This document shows, piece by piece, positions 1 to 10,679 of a stretch of 64,000 nucleotides of DNA. Source of the stretch: Macrostomum lignano (Eukaryota). Both the position numbers and the translations under genes were made by a program. Position 1 is the first letter of the stretch. The number at the start of each line of letters is the position of its first letter. The notes under the pieces are model-generated. The model was not told the origin of the DNA, did no database searches, and saw only the letters and a program-made list of their open reading frames with translations. The stretch is taken from positions 62,001-126,000 of the forward strand of contig NIVC01001209.1 in NCBI GenBank assembly GCA_002269645.1. The letters run 5' to 3'.

Positions 1-92
1 AGACTATTTAAGAATTCTGAGAATGGTCCCTGAACTGTGACAAAAGCTTTCTAATACCTAAAGCTGCATCTGTTAATCTCTCGTCCCCTTAG

Positions 93-3000
93 GCTGGCTT
101 CCACGCGCTGGCCGAATTCTACCAAGCCGAGACCTGCGGCGAGGCCAGGAAATTCGGCGAGCAAATTGCCCGTCTGCAGCACTCTGACCAGCTGTTCAAA
201 GAGTCGGACAAGCGGTCCGGCAGCTCCACCCAGATGCCGTTCAAAGCCGAGTGGACTAAGGCTAAGAAAGTTTTGGAGACTGTTGAGAAAGATAATAATA
301 CTATCTATCACGAGCAGGTAAGCTCACGAATGCTTCATAACCTCACGTAAAATCTAGAATAGGACGCTGACCCTCCCAGATCCTGAGTTGCTGGGCTCGC
401 TTTCCAGATCCTCAGCTGCTGGGCCAGCCTCCCACATCCTCAGCTGCTGGGCCAGCCTCCCAGATCCTCAGTTGCTGGGCCAGCCTCCCAGATCCTCAGC
501 TGCTGGGCCAGCCTCCCAAATCCGTAGTTGCTGGGCCAGCCTCCCAGATCCTCAGTTGCTGGGCCAGCCTCCTAGATCCTCAGTTGCTGGGCCAGCCTCC
601 CAGATCCTCAGTTGCTGAGCCAGCCTCCCAGATCCTCAGTTGCTGAGCCAGCCTCCCAGATCCTCAGTTGCTGAGCCAGCCTCCCAGATCCTCAGTTGCT
701 GGGTCAGCCTCCAAGATCCTCAGCTGCTGAGCCAGCCTCCCAGATCCTCAGTTGCTGGGTCAGCCTCCAAGATCCTCAGCTGCTGAGCCAGCCTCCCAGA
801 TCCTCAGCTGCTGAGCCAGCCTTCCAGATCCTCAGCTGCTAGGCCAATTCGATCCGAATTCGCTAACCTGCTCCAGGTGCCACCGGTGAACTCGCTCTCG
901 GCCATAGACAAGGCCGCCATCGCCAAGGCCATCCCCATGGCCTACCCAATGTCCGAAGGCTTCCGCGACAGCTTCGACAGGCTGGTGCCCATGCACATCC
1001 ATCAGTCCTTGCTGAACTTCGAAGCCTGCCGTAATGACGCCTGCCAGAAGGAGCTGGGCCGCCTGCGCGAGGCCACCAGCCTGATGCAGGGCGTGCTAAC
1101 CTCGCTGAACCTGCCGATGTCGCTAGAAGACTCTGGCTCGGCCAGCGTGCCGCCTTCGCTGCTTGACAAGGCCCGCGATCTGGTTGACAAAGGCGGCTAC
1201 GAGAAGTTGCGCGAATTGTCCTCTGAGAATCCCGAGCTGCACAAGCGCAATCGCGAAATACTGGACGAAGCCCTGCGCTTGCTAAACGAGGAGCAGGAGG
1301 CCGATAATAAGCTGCGGGAACAGTTCAAGGAGAAATGGCAGCGAACTCCGTCTGAACGGCTTAACGATAAACTGCGCAGCGAGGCTATGAACTTCAAGTG
1401 AGAATTTTGTCTGTTGTGAGATTCCTGCGATGCTTTTTTAGTAAAGACTCGTAACTTTTTTCGTCTGATGCTTTTCCGTCAGAGGTGTGAGATTTCCTAA
1501 GAGCTACTATCAATTATGAGATTTCCTATGATATGCTATCAATTGTGAGATTTCCAATGATATGCTATCAATTGTGAGATTTCCAATGATATGCTATCAA
1601 TTGTGAGATTTCCATGATGCTATTCAGTCTGAGGCGTGAGATTTCCCATGAGATGCTATTCAGTCTTAGACGTGAGATTTCCCATGAGATGCTATTCAGT
1701 CTGAGGCGTGAGATTTCCCATGAGATGCTATTCAGTCTGAGGCATGAGTTTTCCTATGAGATGCTATTCAGTCTGAGGCATGAGGTTTCCCATGCGATGC
1801 AACTCAGTCTGAGAGCGTGAGATTTCCCATGAGCTGCAACTCAGTCTGAGAGCGTGAGATTTCCCATGAGCTGCAACTCAGTCTGAGAGCGTGAGATTTC
1901 CCATGAGCTGCAACTCAGTCTGAGAGCGTGAGATTTCCCATGAGCTGCAACTCAGTCTGAGAGCGTGAGATTTCCCATAAGATTCTTCAGTCTGAGGAGT
2001 TGTATGCCTAAAACTGTCTAAATTTAAAAATACCAATTTTGTTGCTGCAATGCTACTAATATAGTAAACTAGGACAGTAGCTTAAAAGCGCATGTCCCGC
2101 TAAAAAACACACCCGCCAGGCAAATGCTGGAGAACGCGTCAAGCGCCGATCGCACTGTGCAACAGAAAATCGCCGACAATTCCGAGGGTCTCACCGTACT
2201 GAGCGGCGGCGAATCCAAGATCAAAGCCGCCCTACCGACAGCCGGCGGCCAAGCTGCCAGCGGCGGCTCCGGCGGCGAAGCTTTGAAAGCTGACCTGCGC
2301 AAACTCTGCCAACAGGCCGAGTCGCTGAAAGGGGAGCGAACCGGACTGGAGAAGCAGCTGCAGGACGCCATGGCCAGCCAGCCGGACGGCCTGGCCACAG
2401 AATTAAGCGACGCCATGTCCGATAGCAGCGGCCAGGCCGACGTGTCCTCACTTGTCAACGACAAGGTCAACGAGTTGCTCAGGCCGTTGAGGCAGAAAGT
2501 TGACGAACAGCTGCAACAGCAGGAGAGTCTTCTGGCTGAGGTGAGAGATGCGCGACCGGGACTTGTAGGGTTTGTTGCTTTTGAGCGCGAATTGCAAGTT
2601 GAATGCCTTAATTTGGGAAACCTGGGTGTGCTGAAAATTCCTAGTCTTTTATTCATTTAACTCCTAGCTCTGGATATCCTAGCATCAGTCTAAATACCCT
2701 AGCACCACTCTGGATACCCTAACATCAGTCTAAATACCCTAGCATCACTCTAGACACCCTAGTACCACTCTAGACACCCTAGTACCACTCTAGACACCCT
2801 AGTACCACTCTAGACACCCTAGCATCACTCTAGACACCCTAGTACCACTCTAGACACCCTAGTACCACTTTAGACACCCTAGTACCACTCTAGACACCCT
2901 AGCATCACTCTAGACACCCTAGTACCACTCTAGACACCCTAGTACCACTTTAGACACCCTAGTACCACTTTAGACACCCTAGTACCACTCTAGACACCCT

Positions 3001-5147
3001 AGTACCACTCTAGACACCCTAGCATCACTCTAGACACCCTAGCATCACTCTAGACACCCTAGCATCACTCTAGACACCCTAGCATCACTCTAGACACCCT
3101 AGCATCACTCTAGACACCCTAGCATCACTCTAGACACCCTAGTACCACTCTAGACACCCTAGTACCACTCTAGACACCCTAGTACCACTTTAGACACCCT
3201 AGTATCACTCTAGACACCCTAGCATCACTCTAGACACCCTAGCATCAGTCTAGACACCCTAGCATCAGTCTAGACACCCTAGCATCAGTCTAGACACCCT
3301 AGCATCAGTCTAGACACCCTAGCACCACTCTAGACACCCAGTCTAAACGTACCCGCTGCTCCCGCCAGGTGCAATCGAAGAACACGGAGTGGAGCGGCGG
3401 CTCGCAGAGCACAGCAGGCAGCCGGCAGGCCTGGCTCACAAAGCTCGGCAAAGCCTACGACGCGTTCATTGAGGTGCTTGGCAATTTGAAAGAAGGCCAG
3501 AAATTCTACTCCGACCTGACCGAAGTGCTGCTAAAGCACCAGAGTCGAGTCAGCGATTTCTGTTTCGCTCGTAAAACAGAAAAAGACGAATTGATGCGCG
3601 ATTTGCAGTCGGCCATCGCCAGGCAGCAGCCAGCTCAGTCCGCGCCGTCTGCCCCGGCCTTTCATGCCACCACCGCCGGCACTGGACAGGTGAAAAATTA
3701 TGTGCCTGTGCTTTTTTAGATTGTAAATCTTACAGGTAGATTCTCACAGGGTGTACAGCGGGCCTGACTTTTATCGTCAGACATGTACATTCTGCTTTAG
3801 ATATTGGCTTCACAGGCACGAAATCGTGTACAAAATTGAAAAGCCCATATGTAGTCCAGATTCTATATCTTAGAGATTCAGTAATCCATGAGCAGCTTCC
3901 AGTCTAGATTCTATATCTTAGAGATTCAGTAATCCATGAGCAGCTTCCAGTCCAGATTCTATATCTTAGAGATTCAGTAATCCATGAGCAGCTTCCAGTC
4001 TAGATTCTATAACTTAGAGATTCAGTAATCCATGAGCAGCTTCCAGTCCAGATTCTATATCTTAGAGATTCAGTAATCCATGAGCAGCTTCCAGTCCAAA
4101 TTCTATATCTTAGAGATTCAGTAATCCATGAGCAGCTTCCAGTCTAGATTCTATAACTTAGAGATTCAGTAATCCATGAGCAGCTTCCAGTCCAAATTCT
4201 ATATCTTAGAGATTCAGTAATCCATGAGCAGCTTCCAGTCTAGATTCTATAACTTAGAGATTCAGTAATCCATGAGCAGCTTCCAGTCCAGATTCTATAT
4301 CTTAGAGATTCAGTAATCCATGAGCAGCTTCCAGTCCAGATTCTATATCTTAGAGATTCAGTAATCCATGAGCAGCTTCCAGTCCAGATTCTATATCTTA
4401 GAGATTCAGTAATCCATGAGCAGCTTCCAGTCCAAATTCTATATCTTAGAGATTCAGTAATCCATGAGCAGCTTCCAGTCCAGATTCTATATCTTAGAGA
4501 TTCAGTAATCAATGAGCAGCTTCCAGTCCAGATTCTATATCTTAGAGATTCAGTAATCCATGAGCAGCTTCCAGTCCAGATTCTATATCTTAGAGATTCA
4601 GTAATCCATGAGCAGCTTCCAGTCTAGATTCTATATCTTAGAGATTCAGTAATCCATGAGCAGCTCCAGTCCAGATTCTATATCTTAGAGATTCAGTAAT
4701 CCATGAGCAGTTTCCAGTCTAGATTCTATTGTCTAAAATATTAGTAATCCATGAGAATCTTCCAGTCCAGATTCCTCAATTGTTTGAAATTGTGCGCACG
4801 TATTTAATTTGCTACAGGAGCAACAGCAACCGCAACAGCAGCAGCAGCCGCCGCCGCGCCCTCCGCCGCCATCGGTGCCGGCCTACAGCCAGCAGCAGCC
4901 GCAGCCGCAGCAGCCGCCAATGCCCGGCTACCCGATGTACCCGCCCTACTCCGGAGCTCCCGGCGGCGGCTACCCGCCAGCTTACCAGCCGCCAGCCCCG
5001 GGCTACCCGCCCGGCTATCCGCAGCAGCCGCCAATGCCCAGCTATCCAGGCTATCCCGGATATCCGGCTTACCCCGGGGCTAATCCCTATCCGACTTATC
5101 CCGGCTACCCGGCCTATCCGGGCTATCCGCAGCAGCCGCCGCGTTAA
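93..5147 (+). CDS. PDCD6IP: ALIX / programmed cell death 6-interacting protein, 3' portion (end of BRO1, V domain, Pro/Tyr/Gln-rich tail); 5' exons lie left of the window
   Basis: Exons 93-317, 877-1397, 2120-2540, 3369-3689, 4818-5147, all with GT..AG boundaries and compatible phases (0,2,0,0), giving 606 codons including TAA. Translation HALAEFYQ..KFGEQIARLQH..KDNNTIYHEQ|VP matches the ALIX BRO1 C-terminus. KEGQKFYSDLTEVLLKHQSRVSDFCFARKTEKDELMRDLQ matches the V-domain end. The tail is a YPGYP-rich proline-rich domain. AATAAA at 5369-5374. Confidence 0.93.
370..845. repeat. Minisatellite, 28-bp unit CAGCCTCCCAGATCCTCAGTTGCTGGGC, ALIX intron
   Basis: Direct tandem repetition, about 16 copies, inside intron 318-876. 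Confidence 0.95.
1510..1980. repeat. Compound minisatellite: 29-bp units grading into 36-bp GTGAGATTTCCCATGAGATGCTATTCAGTCTGAGGC, ALIX intron
   Basis: Tandem units visible; the 12-aa periodic ORF 1614-1820 confirms the 36-bp period. Confidence 0.93.
2680..3340. repeat. Minisatellite, 20-bp unit CTCTAGACACCCTAGTACCA, ALIX intron
   Basis: About 32 tandem copies inside intron 2541-3368. Confidence 0.95.
3855..4770. repeat. Minisatellite, 48-bp unit, ALIX last intron
   Basis: TTCAGTAATCCATGAGCAGCTTCCAGTCCAGATTCTATATCTTAGAGA, about 18 copies; 16-aa periodic ORF on the minus strand. Confidence 0.95.
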
Positions 5148-7610
5148 AAGAAAAACAGCAAAGCCGGAAACTTTACTGTTTTTTTCAACTCTGTAGGGTT
5201 GGTTTGAATATTTTTATTGACTAATATTGATTTTTCTAAGAAACTTCAAACTTGATCGATTTTTTGCTGCGGTGTTTTTAATTCCCATTTAAGGCTTTAT
5301 AGAAAAAAAAACTGAAGAAAGAACCAACTGTGGCTTTAGATAGCAGAAATGTACACACACACAGAATTAATAAATACCCTATGTATTTGTGTTATTTATT
5401 GACCCCCACCCCCTGTTTTGTTATTTTTCGCCCCGAGCAGTAGTAAGTAAGCTGTGAGACTATAAATAATTAAGCTCATTGGTATAAACCATCAGCTAGA
5501 ATGCGTCACCGAATGTTAACCTATTTTTTCATGCACTTGTCATTTATACAATTAGAAATTAAAAATCAATACGTTTCCCTACTCATACTGTTGTACTTTT
5601 CTCATTGCAAATCTTTAAGATTGTTTTTTTTAAACCCCAGCATAAAAAATATTAAATTGCTGTCTAATTTACCATCAGATTGTTTTTGTCCCTATAAACC
5701 TGCTTATGCTACTTACTCTATTTGTAACGTAAGTTGTAAGTAAACCTAGAAAATGACAGAAACTTTATATTTAAAAATTTCTGAAGCAAGTTTTTCAACA
5801 AGCCGATTATTTTCTTAATCGTTTAAAATTCAAAATATTGTCCATTTTTGTTATTCCAGTTTTCCAGATTCCAGAACAGATGCCGCTTGGAGGTGTACAA
5901 TTGTTAAACTTTCTGGTGTTCTCTCTCGTATGCATAAACTAATAGCTACGGCACTAAAATATTCAGATTTACCTTCAAATAAATATTTATCTTTATGTTT
6001 ATTTTACACTGCTATCTATCTTCGTTCTCTAAACGTTCACTATAGCCATCGTAAAGACGAAATGATTCTTTTGTTATTGTCTTCTCAGATTATTGTTTAA
6101 TAATTAAACAAATTTAATAACAAAGAAGAAATTTGTATCCTGGTTGGATTAGTGCAAGCATTAACATCAATCTCGAGCTAGATAATAAATATATAATTAG
6201 ACACTTTTATATGCGGGCGATATATATAGTAATAAAATTATTTACTATTAATCCTCAGAGCTAAAAATTTGTATTGAAAAACACATTTGCTTGAAAACTA
6301 ATAACTTTTTACTGCTTTCAAACCGGCATAAACGGTCAAAAGACCACGGTTGCTTGTTAGTAGTATATACAGAATAATTTTCATGTAACGGACATATCTG
6401 CTTCACAAACCAAATTCAGAAGTCCTGGATTAACTAATAAATTAACTTGATAAAAATCAATACATTCATTGTCAAATTAGCATGGTCTTTAACTGTTATG
6501 CCGTGAAAGCTGTCCAGAATTTTTTAGTCATTTCTTGAGTTTATCCTTCGCTTGTCTCTGGTTTCTCTTACGACTCTTCCTCTGTCTTGTTAACTCTTAC
6601 CTCTCTCCTTTGCTGCTATTTGATTGGCTCTTCAATCTCGCCTCTTTCCTCTACTGCGTTTAAAGAGCCAATAAGAAGGCAGCAAGGGAGAGAGATAAGA
6701 ATAACAAGACTGAACCAGACAGAGGGAGAGAAAAACACAGACGAGGACAGATGAACTCAAGAAATAAAAAGATTCGCGGCGTATACAACAAAAACTACTC
6801 AAGAAAATATTGTTTTGCCTATAGCGATGGAATGGAAAAATTGAAAAAAAACTTTTGGATACAAACGATTCGTTAAAAAAACAACGCAACAACAAAAACA
6901 AAAAAACTGCAGGAAAATAAAAAGTTCGCACATGTACTTTTGTTAAACGTAAAAAAGTTCAAATCTGAATAAGAAACTTGTCGAACAAAAACAACATTCA
7001 GCAAAGTGTTACTATAAAGTGACGTTTGAAGTGTCTGAACAATTCACTGAAGCATTCGGGTCAGTGTAGAGGCAGAGAATAACAAACAATTTGAAGCTAA
7101 TTTTTTATATAAAATTGAAATAACTTCGACCTTAACTGGGATATCACAATGCAATCAAATGGGAACGCTAGCCATTATTAAATTAGACTAGAACCAGTGC
7201 GCCTATGCTAAATTCAAGTCAATCCTATCATTAAAATGAAAATCTGCAAACATCGACTATCATTTTGCTTTACTTACGTATTTGAAACTAACATATTACA
7301 TATAAATAACGTTAAGTTTAACTGGTGTAAATTGCAAATAGTAATTATAATTTAAATTAATTATAATAGTGTAACACTATAATAAATACATTAATTTAAA
7401 CAACAATTAAAGAAATTATAATGGTTAATACACAACACTACGAGTATTAGACGCAGCTGACATTATATAATGATTAATACAAAAAACCTACTTTAGTTGT
7501 AATAAGAGACGCGCGTTATGAGCCAAAGGTGCTAATGACCCTCCTGTCAATTGGCACCCAGCTAAGGACCTGGGAACCACGCTGTTAATTGTTCCTCTGT
7601 AAACTGTTTT

Positions 7611-7990
7611 ACAAGTAGAGATACCCTGACATCCCTCTAGATACCCTGACATCCCTCTAGATACTCTGATATCCCTCTAGATACCCTGACATCCCTCTAG
7701 ATACCCTGACATCCCTCTAGATACTCTGATATCCCTCTAGATACCCTGACATCCCTCTAGATACTCTGACATCCCTCTAGATACCCTGACATCCCTCTAG
7801 ATACCCTGACATCCCTCTAGATACTCTGATATCCCTCTAGATACCCTGACATCCCTCTAGATACCCTGACATCCCTCTACATACCCTGATATCCCTCTAG
7901 ATACCCTGACATTCCTCTAGATACTCTGATATCCCTCTAGATACCCTGACATCCCTCTACATACCCTGACATCCCTCTAGATACCCCTGC
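7611..7990. repeat. Minisatellite, 20-bp unit CTCTAGATACCCTGACATCC, downstream of CDIPT
   Basis: About 19 tandem copies. Confidence 0.95.
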
Positions 7991-8175
7991 GTCCCTCTAC
8001 GATACCTTAAAATCCTAGATAACTGGAAGCTCTGGCAAAGACCCAGCTACATTTCTAATAGCTGCAGAAAGCAGATCATTCTATCCAGACGAAACCTAAT
8101 CATTAATCGAATGACGCGACGTTAATTAACAAAAAAGAGTTCAGCAAACACTTTAAATGTCCAATTCAATCCAAA

Positions 8176-8856
8176 TCACTCTCGCTTGTTAGCGCCAGCG
8201 GCCTGCTCGGCTCTCTCCTTGGTATCCAAGGCGGCCATGTTGACGCTGGCAACGTAGAGATGCACAGCGCTAATAGCGCTTTTAACCGCCGCCACGGGAA
8301 AGGTGAGAACGGCTAGGGTTGGCACGAGGCCAAAGCCTAGCAGTATTGGTCCCCTAGTGAAGTGCATCAGGTACAGAGCAGCATAGAACAGCTCATTACC
8401 GGCGCACATGCAGAATAGCACAACCCGACTATTGTAATAATAATATAAAATCGGATTAGAGCTCAAATCCACCGCCTTATGACTCTGAGCACCGCGCACA
8501 ATAGACGAATGCAGATGCAGCCAATGGCTGGCAATGTCCAGTGCGGCGCTCAATTGAAATGCCAGCATATATCTGGGATAGAACTGGGCTAGCACGAATA
8601 GCAGGCACATTGTGGCGCACCTGTCAGTCAGCATGTCCAGCATAGCGCCGAATTTAGTAGACTGATTCAGCAGTCTGGCCGCGTGGCCATCGAATGCGTC
8701 TAGCAGGCCGGATAGCAGATAGGCCCACGTGGCCCTCACGTGGTCGAATGGCATGTAATAGCAGGCCAGTATGGCTAACAGGATTCTGGCGTAGCCAATC
8801 AGATTGGGCACGAATAGGAATACATTCTGTTCCGAATAGTTTGACGAGCTTAGCAT
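8176..8856 (-). CDS. CDIPT: CDP-diacylglycerol--inositol 3-phosphatidyltransferase (phosphatidylinositol synthase), intronless 226-aa CDS
   Basis: Complete ATG..TGA ORF with N-terminal NVFLFVPNLIGYARI, the CDP-alcohol phosphotransferase motif DAFDGHAARLLNQSTKFGAMLDMLTDR, LDIASHWLHLH and CAGNELFY. Confidence 0.96.
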   Translation of the reverse strand: MLSSSNYSEQNVFLFVPNLIGYARILLAILACYYMPFDHVRATWAYLLSGLLDAFDGHAARLLNQSTKFGAMLDMLTDRCATMCLLFVLAQFYPRYMLAFQLSAALDIASHWLHLHSSIVRGAQSHKAVDLSSNPILYYYYNSRVVLFCMCAGNELFYAALYLMHFTRGPILLGFGLVPTLAVLTFPVAAVKSAISAVHLYVASVNMAALDTKERAEQAAGANKRE

Positions 8857-8974
8857 GGTTACAGTTGGTTGATTGCAAGCTGAAGTATGCCGTTAGGTAA
8901 TGAGTTTGCGCCTGATGCACTGCATTTCACAGCTAATCACTCAGATTTCTACTATTTGTAGCGATTCGATATCC

Positions 8975-9310
8975 ATCTTTTTGGTCTGTTGTGGATTCTT
9001 CTATCTTTTGTGGATTCTTGTTGGGCTGTTGTGGATTTTTGTTGGTCTAATGTGGATTCTTATCTATCTGTTGTGGATTCTTGTTGGTCTGTTGTTAATT
9101 CTTATCTATCTGTTGTGGATTCTTGTTGGTTTGTGGTGGATTTTTCTTGGTCTAATGTGGATTCTTATCTTATCTGTTGCAGATTCTTGTTGGTCTGTTG
9201 TGAATTATTGTTTATCTGTTGTGGATTCTTGTTGGCCGGTCTGTTGTGGAATCTTGTTTATCTGTTGTGCATTTTTTCTCCTTTCTTGGTGGTCTTTTGT
9301 TGAATCTGAC
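8975..9310. repeat. Degenerate minisatellite built on TGTTGTGGATTCTT, upstream of the CDIPT ATG
   Basis: Recurrent CTGTTGTGGATTCTT cores with variable spacers; source of the hydrophobic pseudo-ORFs 8900-9322 and 8989-9303. Confidence 0.85.
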
Positions 9311-10061
9311 GTTCTGTTGTGACATTTGTGGCTTGTAATTCCAAAGCTCATCCCTAAACAAGAGTAAAGTGATGCGACTTACAAAAAAATCAGACATTCT
9401 GCAACAGTTTTATAAGTATATCTCGTACTTTCTTATTCAAAAAGTTTGCAAGGCATTTTCCACTGCCGCTGTCACAGGAGGGCCCGCACGAACAAAGAAA
9501 ACGTGTTGCAATATCACGGATATGGACGAACAGCAGAAATTAATTACGTCAAATTTTTTGTCAAATTAGATGCTCCCCAAAAAACAGAATGCTCAAAGTA
9601 AGAAACTTCTTTGAGTGGGAAGCAAATAAAAGTCTCTACTTGCTACTCACAGTAAGAAACAAATGCAGCAATTGTCAAATTAAACTATAAATAAATTTTA
9701 CATTGTGAACATATTCGACTACATTGCAGCATTTTGAAGACAAATAAAAGAGTGAATACATATCGCAGTACGCACAGACACGCGCACCAAGTCCCGAGAC
9801 TACAACTCATTAGTTCATGCCAAGTTCCTTATGCGATTTGCATTATCAGGGGACGCCACGGCCTGAAAACAGGGAGGATGAAAGTAAAGCCATTATTTAT
9901 TAATAAGAAATCAAAACATGTAAGTTTTATATGGAGTCTTTTTTGCCGATATGTAGCGCAATAAAGTATTTTACGCTAAAATACAGATTTTTTGGGTTGA
10001 AAGAATGACAGACGCAAAGCACAGATTCAGAACGGGATGACAGACTGAATCAAGCCCATTT

Positions 10062-10185
10062 CCTAGCACACCTGTTTGCACACCTGGAACTCACAGAGCT
10101 CATATCCTAGCACACCTGGAACTCACAGAGCTCATATCCTAGCACACCTGGAACTCACAGAGCTCATATCCTAGCACACCTGGAA
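10062..10185. repeat. Short 32-bp tandem repeat CCTAGCACACCTGGAACTCACAGAGCTCATAT
   Basis: Three near-perfect units plus partial flanks. Confidence 0.85.
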
Positions 10186-10679
10186 ATTTGTGCACAGCAA
10201 AACCAGTTGCATTTCTGACAGCAATTAAAAGTAACTGGAAACTTCAAAGGCAAAGGATGCACCGAAGACGGATAGAAAGAAGTCACTGTCTAATTGAAAA
10301 TCTAATAGAGAAAAACAGTTACCTGTTGCTGGTGTGCAAAAGTGCGTCTAAACTGGTTTGGGGTGACTTGGCATTTATTTTCAACGAAGCGTTGAATAGA
10401 GATGAGTAACTATAATAGACAAGACGTATCTACTAGTTGGTTTCTTAGCATTCAACTCTTAACGATATGAGCGGACACTGAAAGCATGGGTTAATTAATA
10501 ATGTTATTGGATTAAAAAAGCACCGAAACTCAACAATTATATTATTATATTATATTATATTATAATCAGCTTACTAACAGTAGGCGGTACGTAAATCAAA
10601 TGATTAATAAACATTTAAAAACTAATTGTGCCAACAGAACAGCATCAAATAAAATGCAACAGCTATGAAAAGCACTTAC

